From an uncultured Nitrospiraceae bacterium (GTDB taxonomy: Bacteria; Nitrospirota; Thermodesulfovibrionia; Thermodesulfovibrionales; SM23-35): DNA of 64,000 nucleotides. The stretch lies in contig CAVSHB010000001.1 of NCBI GenBank assembly GCA_963727775.1, forward strand, positions 608,001 through 672,000. Direction: 5' to 3'. The notes under the pieces were generated by a model, which ran no database searches, was not told the DNA's origin, and was given only the letters and a program-made list of their open reading frames with translations. Made by a program: the position numbers and the translations under genes. Shown here piece after piece: positions 29,432-42,300 of the stretch. The number at the start of each line of letters is the position of its first letter. The stretch's first letter is position 1.

Positions 29432-30940
29432 ATGAATAGGGGTAACCTTTTTTTTCTCTGTATATATTTGCTGGTTTTTCTGTCTCTCAATTCGCCCAAT
29501 ATTTACGCATCCGATAACCTCCTCGAAAAAGGTATCGAAGAATATAAAGCAGAAAATTACGAAGAATCTCTCGATATTCTTTTAGCAGTTAGATCCCAGC
29601 AGCCGGATTCTTCCATAGCGGCATTTTATCTCGGCCTTGCCTTCAAACAGGTGAAAGATTACAAACAAGCTGAAATACACCTCAGAGATGCAGTGCGCCT
29701 AATCCCTCCGGTAAAAGACGCATATATAGAACTTGCGGAGGTCCTCTTTACGCTCGATAAACTCAAAGAGGCGGAAGTCTGGATAGCGAGGGCTGAAAAG
29801 GAAGGCATTAAGCCTGCCAATACATTATTCCTGAAAGGGCTTATCCTACTAAAGGAAGGGAAAACAGAACAGGCTGCTGAGGCATTCCGCAGGGCAAAGC
29901 AGCTTGACCCGTCCCTGTCCCAGCCTGCCGATTTGCAGATCGCAATGGCGCAGATAGCAGCGCAGCGTTTTGAAGACGCCAAAAAGAGCCTGCGCACAAT
30001 TCAGGACATAGACCCGACATCCGACCTTGCATCCTTTGCACAGGAATATGAAAAGGCGTTGGACAGGACGCTCCGGACATACAAGCCGTGGCAGTTCAGG
30101 CTGGGCGTTGCATGCCAGTATGACGACAATGTTGTTTTAAAGCCCTCATCAGACATCTCGGGGGTACTCATTTCCGGGGAGAAAGACGGCAGCATCGTAG
30201 GCACCTTCGGCGTTTCTTACAGTCCATTGCTGAACGGCCCCTATTTCCTGAATTTTAAATATGACATTTATACCGACACCTATTTCAAAACAGACTCGCA
30301 TAACCTTCTGATACAGACCGTGTCCCTCAATCCCGGAGTCAACGTAAACAGTGTTGCCTTGTCTTTGCCGGTTTCATATTCTTACGCACTCGTGCAGCAG
30401 GAAGGATACATGGGCCTCGGTAGCGTAAAACCGACAGTGCAGATCGCCTTCCGGCCTGAACATATCGGCGTATTCTCCGTGGGATATGAAAGAAGAGAGC
30501 TGCTTCAGGCGCCGATCAATCGTGATGAAAACAGGGACGGCAATATATTCAGCATTTCCGCAGGTTATATACATCCCTTTAAAGAAGGCAAGGGCATCTT
30601 CAATATAGCGTACGAATTTACGGATGACGACGCCGAAGGCAAAAACTGGGCAAACCTCGGCAACAGGTTCAGCCTCAGCCTCCTTTTGCCGGGTGTGGTA
30701 AAAAAGACAAACCTGATTTTATCGGGTGATATGTTCCTGCAGGACTATAAAAACACGCATACTGCCTTCGGGGTAAAAAGAATGGACCGGACATACACGG
30801 CATCCGCAACAATCATCGTAGCGTTACTTAAAAACGTAAACCTCAACGTGCAGTATACCCACATAACAGCTGATTCTAATGTCGCCGTCTATGATTACAG
30901 TCGCAACATTTATACAGTGGGGGTCGAATATAAATTTTAG
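29432..30940 (+). CDS. TPR plus outer-membrane beta-barrel protein (DUF560/Slam-like)
   Basis: Signal peptide, N-terminal TPRs, QYDDNV, alternating beta-strands, C-terminal VGVEYKF beta-signal. Confidence 0.75.
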   Translation: MNRGNLFFLCIYLLVFLSLNSPNIYASDNLLEKGIEEYKAENYEESLDILLAVRSQQPDSSIAAFYLGLAFKQVKDYKQAEIHLRDAVRLIPPVKDAYIELAEVLFTLDKLKEAEVWIARAEKEGIKPANTLFLKGLILLKEGKTEQAAEAFRRAKQLDPSLSQPADLQIAMAQIAAQRFEDAKKSLRTIQDIDPTSDLASFAQEYEKALDRTLRTYKPWQFRLGVACQYDDNVVLKPSSDISGVLISGEKDGSIVGTFGVSYSPLLNGPYFLNFKYDIYTDTYFKTDSHNLLIQTVSLNPGVNVNSVALSLPVSYSYALVQQEGYMGLGSVKPTVQIAFRPEHIGVFSVGYERRELLQAPINRDENRDGNIFSISAGYIHPFKEGKGIFNIAYEFTDDDAEGKNWANLGNRFSLSLLLPGVVKKTNLILSGDMFLQDYKNTHTAFGVKRMDRTYTASATIIVALLKNVNLNVQYTHITADSNVAVYDYSRNIYTVGVEYKF

Positions 30941-31055
30941 ATTATATGGGGATAGTATGGAAAGGACTATCTTCCTTTAGAAAAGCTGATCAAATGATGA
31001 TTCGTAAAACACTGAAATAACGTTTTTAAGATCGGTGATATTAAGGAGTAACGCC

Positions 31056-33281
31056 ATGACAGATCACACAGCACATAGGATACGAAATAAAGCAGTCGGT
31101 CAGGGACCGGTCTTACTCATTACTTTTTTACTGATTGCGGTTTGTTGTTTGTTTTCCAGTAAAGTGAATGCTTTTGCATCGGAAATAGTCGGACAATTCA
31201 CGCATGTTGAGGGTAAAGTCGACCTTTTGAGAGAAGGCGCTCTCCCTGCAAAAAACGTGAATATCAAAGACCCGGTAATGCTTAAGGACATCATCAGGAC
31301 AAAAAGCAATTCAAAGGCCGAAATCACGCTCCGCGACAATACCGTCCTGCGCATTGCACAGAGGAGCAGGATCGACATCAGTGAATATTTTACGGGGGAT
31401 TCAAAGAACAAAGGGGTAGTAAAACTCTCACGGGGACAGATGCAGGCTATGGTAGACAAGACGATGGCAAAGCGCATCTCCGCTGCTCCTAATGCCAACA
31501 CCTTTGAGATCCATACGCCGAATGCGGTGGCAGGGGTCAGGGGCACTGACTTTTTTGTTTCCTATGACCGAGATGTGACAACGGTCCTTTTAAAAGAGGG
31601 AGAGGTCTGTATCTATAATTTAAAATTCCCTTCTTCTGTCACCTGTCTGCCTCCAAATTTTATAGTCACTATTACCGGAGCAAATATACCTGCTCAACCA
31701 AGGAAGGCGACGAATATGGAATTGCAGATATTTGAAAGAGAAACATCACCGATGCTCCCTGCTGCAAAAGGCTTTTCAGGAATTGCCCCCCCTGCCTCAG
31801 CGGCTGCAGCATCGTTGAACCAAGGGGCTTTGATTACACCACTCTCATCTTCTGCTACGGATGCACCGGCAAACATAACAGACATACCTATCTCAAAACC
31901 GATTACAGAACAGATTCCAATAACCGAGCAACCCAAAACGTCTGAGAGCGCCATCAGTGCAAGTATATGGAGTAATTTCCCAACAGTAAGCGATGGGTCT
32001 TTCAATGCTCTAATGAAAAGCACTGATACATTATGGATTGCTACTCAGAACTCACCGGCTACTATGCAGCTCACCGGAACGTATTCAGCCGGCAGCAGCC
32101 TACCGCATATCTGGTTCCAGCAGGATGTTTTCAGCAACAACACCGGCAATGGCACCAAAACCACGTTTGACGGAGGCGCTTACCGGGGCTTTATCGGCGG
32201 AACAGAAATCAGCAATGCATCTGAAGCAGCATTTTTAGGCCTTTTCATAGACCCTTCAGGGAATACAGGATTTCTGAAAGGCAATGTGACCGGTACGACG
32301 ACCGGCTCGTCTTTGTCAATGAATGGAGGTTTATATCCGGTCAGGATCGGGACGAGTACCATAAGCCCGGCAGACTTTTATAATGCCATCTCAACAAGCG
32401 TGTTCTCTGTCAATGGTCCAAGCTTCACAAATGATGTCTTAAATATCAACGTTGTATCAGGGGCCGGCCAGACTATGAACATCAATGGCCAGAACGACTG
32501 GGGAATTTCTCAGATACTGTTAAACGGAACATATACGGATAGCGTCAATGATTCCTGGTCTCTGTCCCTTAGCAACTCCTCTGACACGGGGCAATTCAAT
32601 GCAGACCTTCAAGGGAATAAATGGTCGCAGAACAAGGTCAATGCAGCAGGCTCAGGATACTGGGTTGATGCAAGTACTGCTTCTCCCCTGACGGGGATAT
32701 ATATCGGAGAGACCATCGGGACTTTCAATCCTGCAGACCATACGTGGCAGGCGGTTTCATCCGGTATATTGCTTGAGACGAACAGACTGCTTCAGATGGC
32801 GTCTACCGCAAACGGCAGAAACAGTCTCCAGCAGCTGAACATCCCGGCCTTTGAGGTGGGCAGGACCAGCCTCTCGGGCTCTCTCATAGAAGGGCAGAGC
32901 GGTTCTTTTGATCACGTAAGCGTATTTATGAACGACGTAGTATTTCTTGCCCCTTCCACAGGGCAGAAGCCCGGCATATGGGCAACAAATGCAGTGAGCG
33001 GGCAATATGATTTTACTCACGGGTTTATCACCCCGGCCAATATCACCGGTGCGGATAGTGTGATCGCAATCACGAACGGCGGCAATATCAGCGCAGACTT
33101 CCAGTTCAAAAACTGGAACACTGCCAATAACACGTGGACTGCGGGTGTCAATAACGGAACAGGCAATCTGAGCGGGGGTTCGTACAGCGGCCCGGTGAAT
33201 TTCAACGGCGTTGCGGCAGGTACGCGCACAGGCATAAACTCAGGCTCTTTCACAGGGACGGGAGCGGGGACTGTGAGATGA
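31056..33281 (+). CDS. FecR-domain exported protein with Pro/Ala linker and beta-rich C-terminal domains
   Basis: DIIRTKSNSKAEI, HTPNAVAGVRGTDF; Gly/Thr/Ser/Asn-rich beta C-terminus; RBS AAGGAG. Confidence 0.85.
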   Translation: MTDHTAHRIRNKAVGQGPVLLITFLLIAVCCLFSSKVNAFASEIVGQFTHVEGKVDLLREGALPAKNVNIKDPVMLKDIIRTKSNSKAEITLRDNTVLRIAQRSRIDISEYFTGDSKNKGVVKLSRGQMQAMVDKTMAKRISAAPNANTFEIHTPNAVAGVRGTDFFVSYDRDVTTVLLKEGEVCIYNLKFPSSVTCLPPNFIVTITGANIPAQPRKATNMELQIFERETSPMLPAAKGFSGIAPPASAAAASLNQGALITPLSSSATDAPANITDIPISKPITEQIPITEQPKTSESAISASIWSNFPTVSDGSFNALMKSTDTLWIATQNSPATMQLTGTYSAGSSLPHIWFQQDVFSNNTGNGTKTTFDGGAYRGFIGGTEISNASEAAFLGLFIDPSGNTGFLKGNVTGTTTGSSLSMNGGLYPVRIGTSTISPADFYNAISTSVFSVNGPSFTNDVLNINVVSGAGQTMNINGQNDWGISQILLNGTYTDSVNDSWSLSLSNSSDTGQFNADLQGNKWSQNKVNAAGSGYWVDASTASPLTGIYIGETIGTFNPADHTWQAVSSGILLETNRLLQMASTANGRNSLQQLNIPAFEVGRTSLSGSLIEGQSGSFDHVSVFMNDVVFLAPSTGQKPGIWATNAVSGQYDFTHGFITPANITGADSVIAITNGGNISADFQFKNWNTANNTWTAGVNNGTGNLSGGSYSGPVNFNGVAAGTRTGINSGSFTGTGAGTVR

Positions 33282-33304
33282 TTTCTTCTGAAAATACCTC
33301 CCCT

Positions 33305-33327
33305 TCCCCTCCTTGCAAAGGAGGGGA
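33305..33327. repeat. REP-like hairpin
   Basis: TCCCCTCCTT-GCA-AAGGAGGGGA. Confidence 0.6.
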
Positions 33328-33390
33328 TTAAAGAGGGTGGTACTGATAAAATATCCTTAATTTAGTCATCAGTCGTGGGGGGATCTGACT

Positions 33391-36300
33391 ATGAAAAAGC
33401 TTAATACCTTAATCTTTGCCATTATTATCTTTAACATCTTTCTTATCACAGGGATACTGATTCCACTTAATTCCGATGCAGCAACTCAAACCATGTATAC
33501 ACCAAACTGGGACACTAACACTATTAGCAAGGCAAATCTTGATGGCTCAGGCGGAGTCAGCCTCAACCTCGGGCTGTTAAATTACCCGTTTGGCATAGCA
33601 ATATCCGGCGAGAGGATGTATGTAGTCAATTATCAAAATAGCAAGGTTATCCGGGCAAATCTTGATGGCACTGGCGCACAAGATATCGGCAACCCCGGAA
33701 GCTTTCTCAGTAATCCGACGGGCATAGCGATATCCGGCGGAAAGATGTATATTGTTGCAATCGACGTGTCCCCTTACAAAGTTGTCCAGGCAAATCTTGA
33801 TGGCACTGGTGCACAAGATCTCGGCAACCTCAACGGTACGCTCAATGTGCCGAGAGGCATAGCAATAGACCCTTCAGGATACATATATGTAGCCAACGCT
33901 GGCGGCAACAACATCAGCAAAGCGGATATTAATGGTGGAGGTGGAGTGAGCCTTGATATCAGCGGACTATGCAACACGCCCGATGGCATAGCGATATCAG
34001 GCGGCAAGATATATGTTGCTTGCAATGGCAGTCAAAACATTGTCCGGTTAAATCTTGATGGCACTGGTGTGCAAAACCTCGGCAACCTGGGAGGGCTAAG
34101 CAAGCCGACGGGCATAGCGATAGACGCTTATGGCGGCAAGATGTATGTAGTGAGCAGTGATAACGGAAATGGCAATCAAAAAATTGTCCAGGCAAATCTT
34201 GACGGTACTGGTGGAACAAACCTAGGCAACTTAAGCGGCGTGCTACATTTTGGGCAGATGATTGCAATATTCACACAGCATAATCTTACGGTAACGAAGA
34301 CCGGCAACGGAACGATAATAAGCCTTCCTGCGGGTATTAATTGTGATACCGATTGCAACGAATTATATACCGAGGGAACTGTCGTTACCCTGAAGGCCAT
34401 TCCTGACGCAGGTTCGTACTTCAATGGATGGACGGGTGACTGCGTGAGTCAGGCATTGGAGTGTAAAGTGACGATGGATGCGGCGAAGAATGTTACCGCC
34501 AATTTCACAACTACTCCTCCATCCGTTCAAACCTGGGCAAAAACCTATGGCGGCACAGGTGGAGATTGGGCCAATTCCATCCAGCAGACCTCGGATGGCG
34601 GTTTCATTGTATCTGGTGCTACCGCGTCATTTGGTTCAGGCAGTAATGATGCATGGATATTGAAGCTTAATGCGGACGGAACAGTAGCATGGCAGAACAC
34701 CTATGGCGGAACGGGAGATGATGGTGCCGGTGCTATCCAGCAGACCTCGGATGGCGGTTACATTGTGGCTGGTAGTACCGCGTCATTTGGCGCAGGCAGT
34801 GCTGATGTATGGATATTGAAGCTTAATGCGGACGGAACAGTGGCATGGCAGAACACCTATGGTGGAACGGGAGATGATGGTGCCGGTGCCATCCAGCAGA
34901 CCTCGGATGGCGGGTACATTGTGGCTGGTAGTACCGCGTTATTTGGCGCAGGCAGTGCTGATGCATGGGTATTGAAGCTTAATGCGGACGGAACCGTAGC
35001 CTGGCAGAAAACCTATGGCGGAGCGGGCAATGATTATGCCAATTCCGTCCAGCAGACCTTAGATGGCGGGTACATTGTGGCTGGTTATACAGATTCATTT
35101 GGTGCAGGTTACGGCGATGCATGGATATTGAAGCTTAATGCGGATGGAACCGTAGCATGGCAAAACGCTTATGGTGGAGCGGGTGCTGATTATGCTGCTG
35201 CCGTCCAGCAGACCTCGGATGGCAGTTACATTGTGGCTGGTTATACCAATTCATTTGGTGCAGGTTCCGGCGATGCATGGATATTGAAGCTTAATGCGGA
35301 CGGAACCGTAGCCTGGCAGAAAACCTATGGCGGAGCGAGCGATGATTATGCCACTGCCGTCCAGCAGACCTCGGATGGCGGTTACATTGTGGCTGGTCGT
35401 GCAGATTCATTTGGTGCAGGTTACGGCGATGCATGGATATTGAAACTTAATGCGGATGGAACAGTGGCCTGGCAGAAAACCTATGGCGGGGCGGGAGATG
35501 ATTATGCCTACTCCGTCCAGCAGACCTCGGATGGCGGTTACATTGTGGTTGGTCGTACAGATTCATTTGGTGCAGGCGGTACGGATATATGGATATTGAA
35601 GCTTGATTCGGCTGGGAATATATCCGGATGCCCTTCAGGATTAATAGGGGTAACAAATGTATTAGGAAGTAGTGCAGGTGCGACTTTGACAGGTACGGCA
35701 GTGATAGCTGCAGGCACTGCTGTTAGCCCTCAGACAAGCATTGCAACTGTAACAGACACGAGCGTTTCAGGGGCGGTTATATGTACCGGTTTGCAGGAGT
35801 ACATGCTGACGGTTGCGAAGTCAGGCACAGGAGTCGGTTCTGTAACAAGCTCTCCCGCAGGTATCAATTGTGATACTTCGAATTTCGACTGTTCTGGGTT
35901 ATATCTTTCAGGCTCTGTCGTAACCCTTACTGCGTCAACGTATTCGGGCAATGCATTTACAGGCTGGTCAGGAGGCGGGTGCACCGGCACAGGAACCTGT
36001 GTTGTAACTGTAAACGCTCCCGTAACGGTAACCGCAAACTTTGATGCGGTGCCGACTTATCAAATGTCTGTTGTCCCATCAGGCACGGGTGCCGGCAGGG
36101 TAACAAGCACACCCGGCTATATCGACTGCAGTACAAATTGCGGTGACTGTTCTTGCGGGCAAAGTTACAATGAAGGCACAGCAGTCACACTTTCTGCAAC
36201 AGCTGATCCGGGGTCGGTATTTACCGGATGGACAGTCTCGGGCAATCCGACCGCTTGTCCCGGTACCGGAAACTGTCAGGTAACTATGAGCGCTGACCAG

Positions 36301-39300
36301 TCGGTGACTGCAGACTTCGAATTAGGTCCTACCATCAGGGTATTGCCGGCAAATTATAATTTCGGAGATACACCTGTCTCGACTCCATTGACACGTGAAG
36401 TGACAATCTCCAATATCGGCAGCGTAGGAAATCTAAACGTTACAAGTGACATGACCTTATCTGATTCTACTAACTATTCCCTGGATACGGGCAGTGGCTC
36501 AAGTCCCTGCGGCAGCACGACGCCGACAATTTCTCCCAGCAGCAATTGCACAGTTGTTATCACATTCACTCCTAAATCAACCGGTATTTTCAATACAACT
36601 CTGTCAATAATTTCAAATGATCCTGTTACACCGACGATAAATGTTCCGATGTCCGGTTCCTCCGGCGCTACAGGGATCAGCTGGGCAAAGACCTATGGCG
36701 GCACAGGTGTAGATAGGGCCAATACCATCCGGCAGACCACGGACGGTGGGTATATTGTAGCTGGATATACCGAGTCATTTGGCGCAGGCAATGGCTATGC
36801 ATGGGTAATGAAGCTTGGTTCAGGTGGTGCTGTGCAGTGGCAGAAGACCTATGGCGGTGGCGGTGTCAATGAAGTGTATTCTGTCCAGCAGACCACGGAC
36901 GGTGGGTATATTGTAGCTGGATATACCAATTCATCTGGTGCAGGCAGTGGCGATGTATGGATAATGAAGCTTGATAGTGATGGAAATGTTGGGTCAGATT
37001 ATTCGGGTACATGGCAGAAGACCTATGGCGGTGGCAATGTTGAGGTAGTGTATTCTATCCAGCAGACCACGGACGGTGGGTATATTGTAGCTGGATATAC
37101 CAGTTCATTTGGTGCAGGCAATGGCGATGCATGGATAATGAAGCTTGATAGTGATGGAAATGTTGGGTCAGATTATTCGGGTACATGGCAGAAGACCTAT
37201 GGCGGTGGCAATGTTGATGCAATGTATTCTATCCGGCAGACCACGGACGGTGGGTATATTGTAGCTGGATATACCGATTCATCTGGTGCAGGCGATAGCG
37301 ATGCATGGGTGATGAAACTCAACACAGACGGAAGCGTTGCATGGCAGAAGACCTATGGCGGTGCAGGTTCGGAGTATGCCTATCCCATTCAGCAGACTAC
37401 GGACGGTGGGTATATTGTGGCTGGAGGTACGTATTCATTTGGTGCAGGCAATGGCGATGCATGGATAATGAAGCTTGATAGTGATGGAAATGTTGGGTCA
37501 GGTTATCCCGGCACATGGCAGAAGACCTATGGCGGTGCAGACTATGACTTTGCCAATTCCATCCAGCAGACTACGGACGGTGGGTATATTGTAGCTGGAG
37601 GTACGTATTCATTTGGTGCAGGCAATGGCGATGTATGGATAATGAAGCTTGATAGTGATGGAAATGTTGGGTCAGGTTATCCAGGCACATGGCAGAAGAC
37701 CTATGGCGGTGCAGGCAATGATTATGCCAATTCTATCCAGCAGACTACGGACGGTGGGTATATTGTAGCTGGATATACTGAGTCATTTGGTGCAGGCAAT
37801 GGCGATGCATGGGTACTGAAGCTTGACTCGTATGGAAATATATCCGGCTGTGCGGCAAGTCTAATAGGTATCACAAATACAAATATATCAGGGATTGATA
37901 CGAATGCTACGGTAACTGATACCAGCGTGACAGGGATAGACACCTCCGTTACTCCACAACCGAGCAGCGCAACCGTAGCCGATACCGGCGTGACAGGTTT
38001 AGATATTTGTCCTCCATTAGGGTCTGTCCTCGATAATCCTTCCTTGACATGGACAACCGGCGGTGATGCACCCTGGTTCGGTGAGACGCTTTTCTCGATT
38101 GACGGGGATGCAGCGCAGAGCGGCGCTATTTCTAATGGGCAGAGTTCAACACTGCAGACGACTATCAATCCCTCTCAAGATGCTATTTTATCATTTTACT
38201 GGAAGGTCTCATCCGACCCTGCTCATGCTTTTTTGACTTTTTATATAGACGACATTGAACAATCAGGAGGACATATAAGCGGCGAGGTTGACTGGCAACT
38301 GAAACAGTATCCAATTTCAGCGGGTACCCATACCATCAAGTGGATTTATTCAAAAGATCCGTCAGCAAGCATCGTTAATTATGATGCGGGCTGGGTTGAT
38401 AAGGTGCAATTGGCAACATTATATAATCTGACAGTCAATAAAACAGGCAGCACAGGAGAGGGAACCGTAATAAGCCTGCCACCCGGCATCAACTGTGATC
38501 TATCGAATACTGACTGTTCTGAAATGTATGGAGATGGCTCTGTCGTTACCTTAAAAGCCGTTCCTGCTGCAGGTTTCTATTTTGCAGGCTGGTCAGGTGA
38601 CTGCGTCAGTCAAGCATTGGAGTGCAAGGTTGCGATAGATGCAGCGAAGACTGTTACCGCCAATTTTACGACTACACCTCCGATAGTGCAAACCTGGGTA
38701 AAGGTCATCGGAGACGCACAGGATGATGAGGCTAATTCTGTACAGCAGACATCGGATGGAGGGTATATTGTTGCGGGTACAAAAGACGGCGGCAGTGAAG
38801 GAACAGGTGATTTCTGGATAATGAAATTAACGGCTGCAGGTGATATCTCCTGGCAGAAGACTTATGGCAACGCAGATTCAGATTGGCCTTATTCTCTGGA
38901 GCAGACTGCGGACGGCGGCTTTATAGTGACCGGTATGACCGGTTATGGAGAATCCGGCAGCGGGCTTATCTGGATGTTAAAGCTCGATAAAGACGGAAAT
39001 ATAGAGTGGCAGAAAGAGTCTGATGGGTATAGTGAGCGCGGGAAGGCCATACACCAGACGTTTGATGGCGGGTATATAGTTATAGGCGAAACCAATTCAA
39101 GCGGCGCCGGATCGCAAGATATTCTGGTTTTAAAACTTGATAAAGACGGAAATATTCTGTGGAAAAAGACTTATGGCAGCGACGGGTATGAAGGAGCCAA
39201 TGATATAAAGCAGACTACAGATGGCGGGTACATTATTTCAGGCTATTCGGGGACCCTCGGCTCCGGAGCCTTTGATGCATGGATAATAAAACTTGATAGT

Positions 39301-42300
39301 AACGGAAATGTGGGGACAGGTTTTCCAGGTACGTGGCAAAAGACCTTTGGCGGAGGCGGCTCTACGAATGATTACCTGTCATCCATTCAGCAGACGTCTG
39401 ATGGCGGGTACATTGCTGCCGGAAATACCGAATCTTTTGGAGAAGGCAGTACCGATTTGTGGGTATTCAAGCTGCTTGCAAATGGTGATATTGACTGGCA
39501 AAAAACATTCGGAAGTACCGGCAATGAAGGGGCCAGTTCCGTACAGGAGGTCTATCAGGGAGGATATGTAATTGCAGGCAGCGGTTTTGACGGCAGCTGG
39601 ATATTGAGACTCGATCAATCCGGGAATAAGATATGGGAAAAGACCTACGGAAATTCAAGCAATGACAATGCCGCATCTGTCCGGCAAACATCGGATAACG
39701 GTTTTATTGTTGCAGGCTGGACTTCGTACCTCGGCAACAATCGTTTCCTGATTGCGAAGCTCGATGCTGATGGAGATGTTGGAGGCTGTTCGTTTATCAG
39801 TTCTGCTGCAAATTCCACAATGCATAATATAAATGCAGTTGTAGGGAACAGTTCAGGAACAATGGGAATCTCTTCAGATACACTCCAGTCAACTTTCGCT
39901 ACAGTCACACCTACAAGTGTAACAGAGGCGAATGTATGCAGCGGAACAGTTATTTTGTGGATCGGAGGAGACGGCAACTGGAGCGACCCTGCAAAATGGA
40001 GCTCCGGGTCTGTTCCGCTGGCAACTGACGATGCTCTGATAACCGTAGACGGCGATTATACGGTAACGGTGGCTTCGGACGCTGCAATACACAACCTGAC
40101 CCTCGGCGGCGCGTCCGGCACTCAGAAGCTTTCGATTAGCAACCCCTTTACATTTACAATAAACGGCGCAAGCACAATCAATAATCATGCCGGAATAGAC
40201 CTGAGCGGAACATTAAATGCAATCGGGGACATGACAATGAACGGCGTCCTGACCTGGAGCGGCGGGACGATCACCGGAGCCGGGGCTTTGATCATAAACA
40301 ACCAGGCGGTACTGAGCGGTACGGATATGACACTTGACGCAAAAACTGTAATCAATAATTCCTGGGTGTCATGGGTATACGGGAATGTTTATTTCAACAA
40401 TGGGGCGCAGTTCAATAATCAGGTCGGCGCGATATTAAGTATAGAGGCGGATTATAGTGCTTCCAGTAGCGCAGGCACCGGCGGTGCATTCAACAATAAC
40501 GGCGGCTTTATTACAAAAAACACAGGCACCGGGACGACGACTCTATCTAACATTGCATTCAATAATGACGGTACAGTGAGCATCGAGAGCGGTACGATTA
40601 AATTCGATAGCTCCATGTCATTTTCTAATACAGGGCCCAGTCGTTTGCAGGGTTATGGCACCCTTGATTTCTCGGGATATCCCTTCGGATCCAACAACGG
40701 CATCATCAGCCCCGGCACATCCATTGGTACCTTGTCCATTATCGGCAACCTCATACAGATGCCTTCGAGTGCTATAAATATCGAAATCGGAGGTACTGCT
40801 CAGTACGACCAGTTGAATATCAACGGCGCTGTTACTTTGGGCGGTACGCTGAATGTGAGTCTGACAGGAGGCTTTACTCCGAGTATAGGCGATACATTCA
40901 CCATCCTGAATTATATATCAAAAAGCGGAACCTTCAGCACTCAAAACCTGCCTTCACTGACGGGAAAGCAATGGAATGTAAACATTGGAGCGACCTCTGT
41001 TGTTTTAACCGTTACATCCAGTGATACCACCCCGCCAACTGTAAGTTCCACGAGCCCGGTTAACAGTGATACAAACGTCCCTATTACCTCGAATATCTCC
41101 GCGACCTTCAGTGAGGCGATGGATGCCTCGACGATCAACGGCTCGACATTCACTGTTAGTGGTGGCGTCACAGGCACTATCAATTATGATGCAATAACCC
41201 ATACCGCCACATTAACTCCGTCTGCGAATCTCGCCTACAGCACGATATACACGGCAACTATTACCGCAGGAGTAAAAGATGTAGCCGGGAATAATATGGC
41301 AGCAGCCTACACATGGACTTTCACTACAGCGGCAGCGCCTCCATGTACATACACATTTAATAATCCGGCAAGTGCGAACGTTCCGAATACGGGCGGAAAC
41401 AACCTCAGTTTCACAGTCACTGCTTCTTCACAGAGTTGTGTTTGGACAGCGAGCAGTAATAATCCCACATGGATCACCAGTGTATCAGGTGGCGCAACGG
41501 GTAATGGAACGGTGACCTATAACGTGTCCGTCAACACAGGGCTTGGCCGGTCCGGTTCGATATCGGTCGGCAGTCAGTCCTTCGTTGTTAATCAGGCGGC
41601 GGAAAACACCCCTCCAACCGTGACCGGTACGAACCCGGTTAACAATGCTACAAGTGTGCCAATTACCAGTGCTGTCTCTGCGACCTTCAGTGAGGCAATG
41701 GATGCGACAACAATAGCAGGGGCAACATTCACCTTAACCGGGGCAGCGGGTGGAGTGACGGGTACAGTTGCATATAATGCGGGGACAAACACTGCAACCT
41801 TTACGCCGTCTGCAAACCTTGCCTACAACACGACATATACGGCAACGATCACAACAGGAGTAAAAGACGTTGCAGGAAACAACATGGCGTCAAACTATAC
41901 ATGGAGTTTTACAACAGCGCCCCAGTATATGCTTAATGTGACTAAAACGGGTACGGGCAGTGGAACAGTAACAGGCAACACACCGCATACGGAGATCAAC
42001 TGCGGAAGCACTTGCAGCGCATCTTATGCCGCAGGAACAAATGTAACTCTTACCGCCGCACCGGCGGCAGGTTCAGGCTTTGCCGGATGGTCTGGGGCAT
42101 GTTCGGGAACCAACAGTTCATCAACCGTGACAATGGGTGGCCCCAGGACATGCACGGCAACATTCAGTGATATTGTTTATCCCACAGTCAGTTCTGCTGC
42201 TCCGAACAGTGGCGCCACAGGTGTTCCTGTGAATACATCCATCTCCGCGACCTTCAGTGAGGCGATGAACGCTTCAACAATAACAGGGGCGACCTTCACC

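Noticed and set aside
34525..37840. Regular repeats as a CRISPR array or DGR template
   Set aside because: They are in-frame coding blades of 129/159 bp, with no unique spacers and no cas or reverse transcriptase gene.
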